DNA from: an uncultured Chlamydiae bacterium
Lineage (GTDB): Bacteria; Chlamydiota; Chlamydiia; Chlamydiales; SM23-39
Direction: 5' to 3'
DNA: 64,000 nt
Assembly: GCA_963828125.1 (NCBI GenBank)
Contig: CAWHDP010000001.1
Span: 381,413-445,412, forward strand
Shown here piece after piece: positions 21,203 to 32,200 of the stretch. The notes beneath the pieces are model-generated. The model saw nothing but the letters and a program-made list of their open reading frames with translations, was not told the DNA's origin and made no database searches. A program made the translations under genes and the position numbers. Within the stretch, counting starts at the first letter, position 1, and each line of letters opens with the position of its first letter.

Positions 21203-21985
21203 TTCTCAGGTTGACTACCCGGCGCACCGCACTCTCGATAGCACCACTCCCTATCGGCATCTTGAGAGCAGCGACCGCCTTATAAGCTAGCCGTTCTCGG
21301 TTGTTGACGAAGTACATCAGTTCTCGTTGAAGAAGTTTGCTTTTCGCCCCCTTCGCTGCCAACTGTAAATTTTCTATCACTTGCTTGGTATCTCCATCCT
21401 TGAGAAACCCTTTTTGCCGTGATACCCATTGTTTGCGCTTCTTGTTAGACCACTGATGTTTCAGCTCGGCGAATGCGTGCAGGTGTTGTGCCACATGATA
21501 AAAATCAATTAGCTCGAGGATCTTACAGTGAACTCCGCCCAAGGGGAGCATTTTCCGAGCCAGCTGGATCGAGTCCCATATCCAGTGGGCGCCATCAGCG
21601 ACGAATAGGATCTGATTTACCGAGCTGAGATTTAGCGATCGGAGGTAAATGTGCATGAGGGCGAATAGTGCGTCGGTTCCTTTCAAGGTACCATCTATCA
21701 ATGGCAGGATCTTGCTGTCGACTCTTCCTCCAGAGAATCGGATCCAAACGAGAACACGTCCCTTATTGACAAGCAACTTACGAACCCGGTGAGCAAGTAC
21801 GTCGAGGGAAGTGGTGAATCATTGACCCATTGGCTGGGTGTGGTCAAATCCAAGCCTTACGTTTACGACAAGCATCTAGCCCCGCATGATGTACTCGCTC
21901 ACGAATACACCAGTGGCATGACCCGTCAGGCATCGGCCCGAAAGATGGGGATCAACCTCATCGATGAGTGTCGGACGTAGTTTTT
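21203..21985 (-). pseudogene. ISKra4/ISLre2-like transposase central fragment (right limit approximate)
   Basis: ADGAHWIW, IDFYH, PIGSGAIESAVRRVVNLR. Confidence 0.78.
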
Positions 21986-22013
21986 TTCTGAACAATCATA
22001 CAATGCAGTGCTT

Positions 22014-22868
22014 TTATGATCTGGGTAGCTTCCCAGAACTTACGATCAATTTTTTCTCCTCGGATTTTACTCGGCGTTCGAGTTTTTTTAAGTCTTCTTC
22101 AGGAGGAAGATTTTCTGGTTTGATCCCTCGTTGTCCCAGCATAGCGCGGACACTTTGATTGTTTTGAATGTGCTCATCCGTTATGACTATTTCTCCCTGT
22201 AAATCATCCTGAGACACGTTGTGATTGGTCATCTCTGTCGCCAGATTCTTTGCAGCAATGGTCAGGGTGGGCAAAAAATCTGCGAGCGGGCGACTTTCAG
22301 TGATTCCATATTTGGTTTTCATGGTCTGCGTACAGTGGCCTCCGAACAAGGCTTGATCGCCTTTGGAGCGGATGCGTCCGAAGCCGGGTTCATCTACACC
22401 TCGTTCGTAAATATTTTGGGAAAGGGTCTTTTCAGACTCTCTCAATCTTTCTCTGGCTTCTAACCTCGCCTGTAAGAGCATACGGTTTTCGATTAGTTCC
22501 TGCTTGCGTGTTTGAATGGCAAAGTAGCTCTGGGCAAAGGCAATGGGTTCTTTTCGGGGGTCACCGTTTTGGGCAATCAGATAGCAGGCATAGCGGGTCA
22601 GCATAAAGTCTTCAATGGATCGCTCAGCACCGCTTCCCAAACGGACCATTTTCCTGACGCCACGAAAATGGTCATTAGGATCACATCCTGTTGTTTTACA
22701 AGACTCTACAGCGCGCATAATCGTGGTCAGAAAGTTTTCCCACTTCGCGTATCCGAGTGGCTCTTGTAAGTCCCGAGCAAACCAAAATTCAATTCCTTCT
22801 TCAGGTGTGATCTGAGCAAGGCTGTCAAAGTGACTTTGCAGCTTCTTAATGATATCGCTATTAGACAT
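22014..22868 (-). CDS. dinD: DNA damage-inducible protein D (BRO-N domain)
   Basis: EFWFARDLQEPLGY, LTRYACYLIAQNGDPRKEPIAFAQSYFAIQTRKQE. Confidence 0.88.
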   Translation of the reverse strand: MSNSDIIKKLQSHFDSLAQITPEEGIEFWFARDLQEPLGYAKWENFLTTIMRAVESCKTTGCDPNDHFRGVRKMVRLGSGAERSIEDFMLTRYACYLIAQNGDPRKEPIAFAQSYFAIQTRKQELIENRMLLQARLEARERLRESEKTLSQNIYERGVDEPGFGRIRSKGDQALFGGHCTQTMKTKYGITESRPLADFLPTLTIAAKNLATEMTNHNVSQDDLQGEIVITDEHIQNNQSVRAMLGQRGIKPENLPPEEDLKKLERRVKSEEKKLIVSSGKLPRS

Positions 22869-22989
22869 GAGCGCCTCTTGAAGAGAATTTTTTTGAGGAA
22901 ATCATAACTGAAGACAATAGCGGATTCCAGTCAAAAGGTCTGAATGGGTTCATGCATCTTCGGGAGTCGATGCATTGACCCTCTTAGCG

Positions 22990-23285
22990 AACAATTAGGT
23001 CATGGAAACGAGGATGATGCGGATAGGGGCGCAAATAGGTGCCATACTGTCCGTGAACCACAACTGCAAAAAGTTTATGAGCTTCTGCTGTGCAATGGCT
23101 TGTGCGCGGGTGAGCCATTTCTGTACACAATCCGCAGTTTGTACTAGAAATTCTGTGGCTTTGTGTTTTAAGAATTTCACTCCAACAACTTTATCTGGCA
23201 TAGATTCAAATTTTTCATCGCCTGGATACCAGCCTTCACAGCGTTGGATAGCGTTGAGCAATTTCTCGTATTCTTCTCCTGTGAA
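22990..23285 (-). pseudogene. Fragment of a paralog of the 485-aa protein at 45652-47109
   Basis: LLNAIQRCEGWYPGDE, WLTRAQAI and (shifted frame) HKLFAVVVHGQYGTYLRP parallel LLISLEKLCGY, LSKKEAI and HRLDGVIVHEHNGAVHLRS. Confidence 0.5.
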
Positions 23286-23289
23286 TGAA

Positions 23290-23600
23290 CGGATTTTACG
23301 CTCACGTGTCTTTCGATCTTCGTGTGTTGTGCCAGAGTGAGAAGAATACGGGATTCTTGTTTTCCCGCTTTCACCTTCGAGTAGAAGCACCACTTTCTGA
23401 GTCCCAAGGTAGTGTAATACCTTTTCCGGATCCAGGATGCCCCCCTGTTCTGATGTCGCCTTTTGGCCCACTTCCAAACTATCCAGAATATGCTATTGTC
23501 TAAGTAGTTAAACATCGCTTTTGCTACGCAGTGACGTAATAATTGACCCACCCCTGAATTTTCACATTCAGGTATTTGATCAGGTTTTCCGTTTGGACCG
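23290..23600 (-). pseudogene. Group II intron maturase (domain X) fragment
   Basis: LNVKIQGWVNYY, WKWAKRRHQNRGASWIRKRYY. Confidence 0.8.
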
Positions 23601-23619
23601 CGCGCATAAGGAGTGGTCT

Positions 23620-23870
23620 CATGATAGAGACAATTCCCTCCAGCGACCTCGTGTCGCACGTTCTGAATCCGTCCAGCCGCCCCCATTCTTTCGGACGATT
23701 CTTAAAATCCATCATCGTTAAGAACGGTTCTCTCACTGAAAATGAGAGACTTCCGTCTTTCAATTGCAAGTTCTGAAATACTAAATCTAAAAGTTGACGT
23801 TTTTCGTCCACTTCAGAACTTTTAAAGATTTCCCTAGCTCTTGTGGCCAGGTTCATAACCATATTGGCAC
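23620..23870 (-). pseudogene. C-terminal fragment of a large serine recombinase
   Basis: AREIFKSSEVDEKRQLLDLVFQNLQL...REPF...WGRLDGFRT resembles LSR C-termini. Confidence 0.55.
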
Positions 23871-23947
23871 GCACATATCTCCTGCCTTTTAATCCGATCA
23901 AGACTTTCTTTTGCCAGAAAAATCTAATAGATATACCATGATCCACT

Positions 23948-24427
23948 ATGAAGCCCATTATTTTCATTTTAGGAGTTTTCACCTTTATGTGTTCTTCCTT
24001 AACTGCTAGCCCAAACACGTCTGAAAAAAAGCCACGAATTGGGGTAGCATGTGTTGTTCAAAAAGACGGGAAAGTTCTCCTTGGGCAAAGAAAAGGAGCT
24101 CATGGTGTGGGATCGTGGGCTACCCCTGGGGGGCATCTAGAATTTGGGGAAAGCGTTGAAGCTTGTGCAACACGAGAATTATTAGAAGAAACAGGCTTAA
24201 AGCCGCTTTCTTTACGTTTAGGTCCATGGGTAGAAAATGTTATGGAAAATGGTCAAAAACATTACATCACTATATTTGTTTTTATAGACGATTTTGTAGG
24301 TGATCCAGCTTTGCTTGAACCTGATAAATGTGAAGCATGGGAATGGTTTACTTGGGATAATCTCCCTCAACCACTATTCCCTACAATCTCCTCAGTCATT
24401 ACCAAGGAACCCAACTTATTTTTTTGA
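23948..24427 (+). CDS. NUDIX hydrolase (MutT/NUDT15-like)
   Basis: Nudix box GGHLEFGESVEACATRELLEETG; EPDKCEAWEWF. Confidence 0.9.
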   Translation: MKPIIFILGVFTFMCSSLTASPNTSEKKPRIGVACVVQKDGKVLLGQRKGAHGVGSWATPGGHLEFGESVEACATRELLEETGLKPLSLRLGPWVENVMENGQKHYITIFVFIDDFVGDPALLEPDKCEAWEWFTWDNLPQPLFPTISSVITKEPNLFF

Positions 24428-24524
24428 CACCCCCCTTCCTAAAGGTGGTTACGAATACTTAGATGGGAAGGGAAATCCAGTTCCGAAAGGCCACGATAAA
24501 GCTCATATTTATACAGGTGAATGA
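24428..24524 (+). pseudogene. Orphan RHS tip stub
   Basis: EYLDGKGNPVPKGHDKAHIY parallels the 52485 RHS end EYLDGKGNPTRDQSDPSHIY. Confidence 0.7.
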
Positions 24525-24934
24525 TTTTTAGAGGAAGAATGGATATAGGACGTTATACTTCGTATTTTCATGATGGAGAAATTTTAGATATTACACACAC
24601 AAATAACAACATTGAGATGGTTTTGAAAAGTGCTGAAGTTGATGTAACTTCTGTGACAGATATTATATTGTCTGCGGATAATAGAATAAAAGGAAAGTTA
24701 CATATTGTCGGGGCGGACTTTATATTAAATAATGTGGTTAAATGTAATGGAAAAATGAAACTAATATTTCCTGATAACGATTTATTGCATCTAAAAATTC
24801 ATAAAAATGTTGTGTTTTGTGAAGTTGGCTGGAGAGGCGGAAGCTTAGGGCAAAATGATTTTTCTGATTTAGAAATTCACGCAACGAGCATATGGTGGGA
24901 GAATATTCCTGATCTACCTGATCCGTTTGCTTGA
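24521..24934 (+). CDS. Putative immunity protein, paralog of 57080-57496
   Basis: Shared FHDG, SAE.D, IKGKLH, IWWENIPDL.DPF. Confidence 0.8.
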   Translation: MIFRGRMDIGRYTSYFHDGEILDITHTNNNIEMVLKSAEVDVTSVTDIILSADNRIKGKLHIVGADFILNNVVKCNGKMKLIFPDNDLLHLKIHKNVVFCEVGWRGGSLGQNDFSDLEIHATSIWWENIPDLPDPFA

Positions 24935-24955
24935 GCAAATGTGCCGAAAATTATA

Positions 24956-25154
24956 GGGCGCATTCCCATTTTCTGGGTAGCCGCCTAAAAAGCTACGCTG
25001 CATAGGACAAACCTCCCTCATAAGCCATCTTTTTTAACAGATTCCAATGCCCGCTCTTGTAATAAGCCCGTAGAAGCAGCATTTCCTCTGCAGTATCCTC
25101 TTTCCCAAAGATGCACGGACTTTTCAACCTCAGGTTGACCACCCGGCGCACCGC
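24956..25154 (-). mobile_element. ISKra4-like right end and transposase C-terminus
   Basis: Minus strand reads AVRRVVNLRLKSPCIFGKEDTAEEMLLLRAYYKSG...; TIR at 24956-24984. Confidence 0.75.
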
Positions 25155-25395
25155 AAAAAACTACGGACCTCCAATGGGATCGAGCGGGTGAACAAGGAGA
25201 TTAAGCGGCGTACGAGAGTGGCTGTGTTGTTTCCGAATCCTGCATCAGCACTCCGGTTAGTGACCGGTGTGATAATCGAAATCCACGAAGAGTGGATAAC
25301 GGGAAAGCAATATTTGGATATGAGTCCATTGCTAAACCAGAATTTGAAAAACGAATAAATTGGGGGAGAAAAGAAGAAGGAGATTGGAATTTACA

Positions 25396-26253
25396 GTGCG
25401 CCGCAGGCGCACGAAGGGGTTCTATGAACTAAACTTTGTGCATCACAGCTTTATAGGAGATGAAGGAAGACCCTTCGGAATCGACTTCCAAGAGTAGGTC
25501 CCAAATCACTCGAAGCTGCTGCGGTAAAGAGCCGTGGTGGTGAGCGTTCGAGTTGAGTGCTGAGAGATACTCAGGCGGATAAGGATCAGAAAGACGAATG
25601 AACCTGAACCTCTGTCGACCACCTCAGAACGGAACGAGAAGCACAAGAAATGCTTCTCGCGCTCAAAAAGCGTTTTGAGGAATGTGGTTTGGAACTGCAT
25701 CCTGTAAAGACAAGAATCGTATACTGCAAAGATGAGAAAAGGAACGGTGAATATCCCTATAAGTCGTTTGATTTTCTGGGATTCACTTTTCAGCCAAGGC
25801 TGTGCAAGAATCGTACAACCAATGAAATGTTTGTAAATTTCACGCCAGCCGTGAGCAAAACATCTCTGAAGGCAATGCGAGCCAAGACGAGACGAGACAA
25901 TGTGCGCAATAGAGTAGATCTCAATCTGGAAGAAATAGCAAAATGGTATAATCCAATCTTACAAGGCTGGCTTAATTACTATGGAAGCTATTGTCGCTCA
26001 GCGTTGTATCCACTCTGGCGACACTTTAACATGACGCTAGCAGCCTGGGTAAGGATGAAATACAAGACGTTCTGGAAAAAGAAGACCAAAGCCGTAATCT
26101 TTGTAGAAAAGATAGCACGACAGAGGCCAGGACTATTTGCACACTGGAGAACTGGAATGCGTGGAGCGTTTGCTTAATGGAAGCGGAGTGGCTGAGAGGT
26201 TCACGCTCCGTTTTGCGAGGGGCCAGAGGGGAAGTTCCTCTGGTCTACTCACC
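25396..26253 (+). ncRNA. Internally deleted group II intron
   Basis: 5' GTGCG; domain V-like GAAGCGGAGTG...CACGCTCCGTTTT at about 26180; domain VI hairpin ending CTACTCACC. Confidence 0.8.
25628..26177 (+). pseudogene. Intron-encoded RT/maturase, C-terminal part only
   Basis: GLELHPVKT, FDFLGF, NPILQGWLNYY, LFAHW; no YADD motif. Confidence 0.85.
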
Positions 26254-26297
26254 GAAAATGTGTTGCTTTACCCTTGGAATTGCGTCATTTATAAAAA

Positions 26298-26346
26298 TGG
26301 GGCAACCTGGACTTGATACCTAAGGCCCGACGGGTTATGAGTCCGT
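26298..26346 (-). repeat. att core: tRNA(CAU) 3' half, aberrant T-arm version
   Basis: Minus strand ACGGACTCATAACCCGTCGGGCCTTAGGTATCAAGTCCAGGTTGCCCCA; identical core at 45130 and 63027. Confidence 0.85.
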
Positions 26347-26461
26347 TAACCCTTGTAACTCTGAATAAAAGAGATTAAACCAGAACAGCATTTTCATAGG
26401 CAAGGGGATTGAGCATTTGTTCTGATTGATGCTGGACCCCCTCCAGTTCGTTCAGGTCACT

Positions 26462-26480
26462 TGCGGAAAAAATGCGGAAA
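26462..26480. repeat. Arm-type doublet TGCGGAAA x2 (11-bp period)
   Basis: About 115 bp from the att core, like the other element ends. Confidence 0.6.
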
Positions 26481-26582
26481 TTCTGAGTGGGATCATCATT
26501 AGCGGAAGTCGTAAGAGCATTGAGAAATATTTTCAGTCAGTTTATCCTGGGTCTCTAAAAAGCTCTTACGCGGCAGTTCCCA

Positions 26583-27117
26583 ATGGAAAATTCAGATAAC
26601 AAGCAAGTCACGAACACTAATCTCTCTTTTGAGGCCCTGAAAAAAACTCAACCAACATGGGATAGAATACTGGAGTGCAAGAGATTTGCAAGCTTGCCTT
26701 GGCTATTCTCAATGGCGCTATTTTGAGAACGCCCTGAAAAAGGCGGTTATTTCCTGTAAAAAATCGGGCAATGATCCTCAAAACCATTTTGCGGGCGTGC
26801 GCAAAATGGTCAGTATTGGAAGCCAAACAGAAAGAGAAGTTGAGGACTGGCACCTCTCCCGCTTTGCTCCTTTTCAAACCGTTAGGAATGAAGCCACGGT
26901 AATCAACAATAGAACTTACGTGGGACATGCTCTTGATAGGATGCAAGATCGAGGATTTATGCCATCTGTTATTGAAAATGCGATAGAAACTGGGAAAGTA
27001 TCTCCGACGATAGTCCCTGGACGAGTCGAATACTATGACCCGGTAAATAATTTAAGGGTTATTGTACAAGACAACGAAAGAATAATATCTGTTATTCCAA
27101 AAAGGAGTAAACCATGA
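26583..27117 (+). pseudogene. Chimera: frameshifted dinD 5' fragment fused to a putative RNase toxin tip
   Basis: DinD-like up to HLSRFA (about 26868), then YVGHALDRMQDRGFMPSVIENAI...ISVI (DUF4258-like). Confidence 0.7.
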
Positions 27118-27428
27118 ACAAAATCAGCGAATATGATGAACGACAACTAAATTTGATGCTGAATCAATTAGATGCTTTTGAGAATAAAAAGTTAGATCTT
27201 AGCTCTTTGGTTGGAAGATTAGAAGGCTTACTACATGCTATGGAACATGTGACTGATGAATGGGAAGAAAAGTTTCTCGATGAATTTTCAACGTTGGAGT
27301 CCATTAATGCAGAAGCACCAAAATTGAAAGAAGAAGAAATAGAAAAATTGATCAAAAGCAGTGTTTGCAATTTAAAAAAATTAGTTAAAGGACAACTAAA
27401 CGATTTAACAGAGCATGAAAACAACTAA
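27114..27428 (+). CDS. Putative immunity protein
   Basis: Acidic 104 aa; overlaps the toxin-tip stop. Confidence 0.6.
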   Translation: MNKISEYDERQLNLMLNQLDAFENKKLDLSSLVGRLEGLLHAMEHVTDEWEEKFLDEFSTLESINAEAPKLKEEEIEKLIKSSVCNLKKLVKGQLNDLTEHENN

Positions 27429-27493
27429 AAATCTATGCTTCTGGACTTATTTACCTTTAATTCATAATTATTCAACAAACTTGAAATATTTTT

Positions 27494-27763
27494 ATGGTCA
27501 ATAAAATCAATAAGCTAGCTTGTAGAGTATGTGGAAAAATTCAGGATGATCCTCCATGGGGAGAAGATGGACAATCCCCAACATATGATATATGCGATTG
27601 TTGTGGAACTGAATTTGGATATGGGGACGGCACATTAAAGGCTATTCAAGCTTCGAGAGAGCGTTGGTTAGCCAAAGATGCTGATTGGAGATGTCCGGAA
27701 GAAAAACCAAAGAATTGGTCATTGGAAGAGCAGATGAAAAATATTCCTCAAGAGTACAGGTAA
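27494..27763 (+). CDS. Small Cys-motif protein, immunity-like
   Basis: CRVCG...ICDCCGTEFGY. Confidence 0.6.
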   Translation: MVNKINKLACRVCGKIQDDPPWGEDGQSPTYDICDCCGTEFGYGDGTLKAIQASRERWLAKDADWRCPEEKPKNWSLEEQMKNIPQEYR

Positions 27764-27785
27764 GTTTTCTAGAGAGGAACTAAAA

Positions 27786-28011
27786 ATGGAAAACAATGAA
27801 AAATATTGCCCTTGTCCATGCTGTGGTTTTTTGACTAGATCTGAACCAGATCATGGCACATTTGAAATTTGTCCTGTGTGTAATTGGGAGGATGATGATG
27901 TGCAATTTAACAACCCAGACTTTCGCGGTGGGGCTAACCAAGAAAGCCTTAATGAAGCCAAAGAAAATTATAAAAAATTCGGGGTTTCAGCTCAAAAATA
28001 TATAAAAGCGG
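27786..28011 (+). pseudogene. CPCC-family Cys-rich protein, 3' end cut by an IS
   Basis: CPCCGFLT...FEICPVCNWEDD...GGANQESL. Confidence 0.75.
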
Positions 28012-28574
28012 CAGCAGTTCCCGCCAGCGTCTCTGTGTTCTTTTTTGCAACATTGTTCACAGCACACTTTACTGGAAGAAAATTCACCGGTGCCATCTAC
28101 AGACAAAAGATAGCGACCATCAAAAAACTCAAATTCCTCCAGGCATTTCCCTCTTTGTAGTTCAGCGAATATCTTCTTGAACGCGGGTCGGATAAACCTT
28201 GGATCGAGTTCATCCAAGCGTTCTCTTAGATATGTATCTGAAGGTGGACGATTAATGTGGTAGAGAGTCTGGAGATTCCCATCAAGGACCTCGCGGTGTT
28301 GGTCGTATTTAAGAAGAGATGGGAATTTGAGTCCAAAAACAGCAAGACCGGACATGAGTACATCAGTGAACAAAATGGGTGCGGTTTTTGGCAACTTTCT
28401 GGGATCTGGAATTTTTTGGAACTGGTGATAGACAGATGCAACCAATGCGTCTGCACAAAGAGATTTTCTTACGGGAATGCTCATAACAAGGACCTTCAAA
28501 CAAAAATGGAGGCCCGAAAGTTTACGAAAGAAATAGTTTATTTACACGAGAAAAAGTGCTGGCGGGAACTGCTG
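28012..28574 (-). mobile_element. Internally deleted ISNCY/IS4-like element retaining both TIRs
   Basis: 17-bp IR CAGCAGTTCCCGCCAGC at both ends; ORF paralogous to the transposase at 63332. Confidence 0.8.
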
Positions 28575-28635
28575 AGGCATGCCGAGATTTGGGCTTTCCA
28601 TAGAAAAACGAAGTATATTTTTTTGTTTGGATTCA

Positions 28636-29289
28636 TTACCGCTTCTGATTTAGGTAAGGTGTTATTCCTGCGATTTTTAGAGCTTCCTCGTATGTCTCTT
28701 CCAAAAGAGGAATCAAGGTCTCTTTGAGTTCTCCGGGTTGGACTTCCGTTGTCCACTCATTGTTTTTATTAATGCGGGTGAGTGGAATTGGGGCTGACAT
28801 TTTCATTTCGGCGGCTTTATAAAAGATTTTATTTCTTGCTAAAAAGACAAGTGCAACGGACCCGTCAAAAGGACGGTCATCAGTTTTTGTTCTGAATGAA
28901 ATAGAAACTCCCACTCTGCCTTGATGAAACGGATACTCTCTTAGATAGGGTCTGATTTTTTCATGACTATTAATTCGTCGAATTAAATCTTGGACAGCAT
29001 TTATTTCAATTTTTCTAGCTTCATCTACTGTCATATGGCTATAAGAAATAAACATTGCTTCAATTTCTTCAACATCTGTAGGCATACTTCCTCCACTCCC
29101 GTAGCAATGAAGTCCATATTTTGTTTTCATATCTTTGGCAAAATCTTCGATGATTTCATCAACATATTTTAAATAATCACAGGATTTGGATTCTTTATAG
29201 TATACAGGTGGTGCTGTTAATAATGTTGTGATTAAAAAAATAATCAACCTAACGTATTTGATCATTGCTAGCCCCTTGATAAAATCCAA
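28636..29289 (-). CDS. Putative immunity protein (likely start 29265)
   Basis: Overlaps the RHS stop; similar to 18322-18852. Confidence 0.75.
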   Translation of the reverse strand: MDFIKGLAMIKYVRLIIFLITTLLTAPPVYYKESKSCDYLKYVDEIIEDFAKDMKTKYGLHCYGSGGSMPTDVEEIEAMFISYSHMTVDEARKIEINAVQDLIRRINSHEKIRPYLREYPFHQGRVGVSISFRTKTDDRPFDGSVALVFLARNKIFYKAAEMKMSAPIPLTRINKNNEWTTEVQPGELKETLIPLLEETYEEALKIAGITPYLNQKR

Positions 29290-32200
29290 ATTTATCTTTT
29301 AAATAACTAATGTGATCGCTCCAAGCTTTCTGATAGGTTGGTTTCAGAAATCCATGATCGGCTATCCAGAGATTTTTGTCATTCCTGGTTGATATACAAG
29401 GTAATATGCGAACGTCGTAGTCAGGATTGTTCATATAATGTTTAGCACGCCCCAAAGGGCCAAATCCAGTTACAAAGTCTTTGTCTGAAAAGGCATTAAT
29501 TACAGAAGCTCCTTGGTTTTTTGATAGGCACTCTGCAGGTCCTACAGCATATATGTGTAAGATTTTTTGAAGGATTTGCTTTTGGTGATCAGTCATACCT
29601 TCGATCGCCCTTTTTGTGATTACTCCGCCTTCGCTGTGAGGAGTAGAGAGCCACATACACAGGGGATTGATACTGTACATTCTTTCTCCTGTAATGGACA
29701 AGAATTGACGATTCAAACAAACAATTGGAATTTCGATTCCTTCTCTCTCTTGCCTCGCCCTATCGGGGTCAATGCCTGATCCTCTGCCATACGCACAAAG
29801 ACCTGTAGGGTTATACAAGCCCATTAGAAGTGTTCCTCCGGCCTCTTCCCCTACTTTTGTAGACATTTGAAAGAATTCTTCTATACTGGTATAGATTCCG
29901 TTTCCAGGTGTTATCAATCCAATATACCTTCCTGAAGTTGGAAGTAGCTCATGTAGATGACCCATTATATCGACTTGGTCTAATTTCATCTCTTCTGGGG
30001 TAAACTGAAGTTGATGCCAATGTCCACAACAGAGGGTAACATCAACTTCAATACCATTAATAGAACCTTTCGCCAAAAAACCGTTAAAGCCCGGTAGGCG
30101 TGGAATGACGGGGATTGGCATGTATATGTGAACTTGTCCAAAGGGATCTTCAGAGATTAAGCCAAATAGGTCCAATCGATTCAGTGGGCTATTCTGCACA
30201 AAGACATAGAGGTTAGCCCCATCTACGAATCCCGCGGGGTCTGGATTCAGCCAACGCCCAAGTGTTGGGTCATAGAAACGAAGGCCGAAGAAGAAGAGCC
30301 TCTCTTCACTCCGTTTGGATGAAAAGCGCCAAGGATTGAGACAAGCAGAGGATTTTTCTTTGCCAAATGCGTCCATTTCATATTTTTCAGCAATGTTCCC
30401 ATCAGGAGAGATGATGGCAACGATATTCCCATTGAAATCATGCAATGGAGCGTAAGTCTTCCCCCCGATTTCAAGTGCAACCGCGGCGCCGATGTCCCCA
30501 CGTATTCCTAGGCCAAGAATTTTCAGCTCAAGGGGATAGCCTCTTTCATCTTGGGTTCCTATCTCCCGGTCTCGATCGTAGAGATAAAAAACTTTTTTCT
30601 CCTTTTCCCAGGAATTGGCGGTGTAGGTGTAGGTCTCTTTTGCAAATAGCCTGGATAAAGGGTCATAGAAATAAAGTACCTTTCTCTGCCCTGAGGTAGT
30701 GATTTCGATCAACCTGCCGAGAGGGTCAAACTGGTACTCGATCAATCCATCAGCGACCGTTCTTTCTTTTGGATTGCCGTTGTCGTCATAAGTTAAAGCG
30801 CATTCAGGTGTGGTAGAGATCTGATTTAAATCATTGACCTCAAACTTCCTCGGATTCCCCAGGGAATCAAAGTCATAGACCTGATCTCCTTCCTCCTTGA
30901 GTTGGTTCAAAGCGTCGTGTTTGTAAAGTTTCTCCCCAAAAAGGGAGTTGTAGGTCTTGCTGACCAGCCCAGAGGGTCCGTAAGCAATCGAAAGCTCCAT
31001 TTGAGAACAACTCTGGCTGCTTGGGCGTTCTCATAGGTCGTGGGAGGTTTGAATAGCGCCCAAGTTGAAAATGCGATCTTCCTCAGCGACATGCCCATTG
31101 CAATCGAATTGGCGGTAGCTATGCTCGTACAGGAGAGTTCCTCGAGGATCTTTTCTCTGGACACCGCTGATGTGAACGCCTTGAGTGGGGTAAGCAACTG
31201 TTGAGCCATCCGGTAGTGTGAACAAGACGCAGCGGCCTATCGAGTCATATTCCCACTTGCTCGATAGCCCTCTCTCATTTGTCTCGGAAATCACTTGCCC
31301 GAATAGATTATATCGGCGCGTTACAGTCATTCCATGGACTAAATCGGAAATTTGAACGGGATCTGGGCCAGTTTCGTAGGAGTAGTGATAGTGGATTTTT
31401 CCATCTGAACTGGTTAACTCCTCTAAACGGCTTATGCCATCATAGGCATAGTGAAGACGAACCCCATTGGGCAGGGTTTTCCATTCGAGTCGCCCCTTTG
31501 GATCATAATCATAAAAAGTGGTCTTTTGCTCACTTTCTGTCTCTTCTTTCACTCGCCCCATCGCATCATATTTCCAGGTGATGGAAACATCCTTGATCAG
31601 CATGCCATCCGCATAAATAGAGGAGATCCTTTTTGCCTGATTTCCTGAAACGTCATAGAGAAACCTTTCTTTGAATACAGTCTGTCCTTGGGGATTTTTC
31701 TTCTCTCGAGATACGATCCTCTCCCCCGCATCATAGGTCTCAATAGTCGCTTGGCCAAGAGGGTCGGTCGTTGTTTTTTGCAATACATTTTGGCTTAAGT
31801 CATTTTTAAAAAACTCATTCCAAACGAATGTCGTGATGTAGCCATTAGGATCAGTATGACTGGAGAGTTTACCATCTGTGTAGCTGAATAGATCGACAGA
31901 TTCTCCTTGGGAGGTTTTGCGGAGGGCTTTTTCTTTGCGATTTTCTTCTGTATAGAAGAATTTCATCCAGTTTTCAATGCGTCCCGACGATTCTTCTTCC
32001 CACTGCTCTTCAACGAGTCCTTCGACGTTGTGTTTTTGAATAAGGGCGATTACGCCGTTATCCGTCTTCTCCAAGAATCCAAGAGAATCATAGACAAAAG
32101 TGACTTTTCGATCGCTTGCTTCTTCCGCGATTTTTCGCCCCGCTCCGTCATAGGTGAATGTTGTTTTCAGGCCCCTTGCATCTGTATAGGAAAGAAGCTG

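Larger units (their letters stand above)
25155..26272 (+). mobile_element. IS256-family 3' fragment whose right TIR is split by a group II intron
   Basis: LRTSNGIERVNKEIKRRTRVAVLFPN; GGAATTTACA|GAAAATGTGTTGCTTTACC rejoins on intron removal. Confidence 0.7.

Noticed and set aside
22995..24018. ORFs of 160, 169 and 164 aa as genes
   Set aside because: They are chance read-throughs across junctions of unrelated fragments
25628..26177. Retron, DGR or defence reverse transcriptase
   Set aside because: It has a maturase domain and adjacent intron domains V/VI, so it is a group II intron remnant
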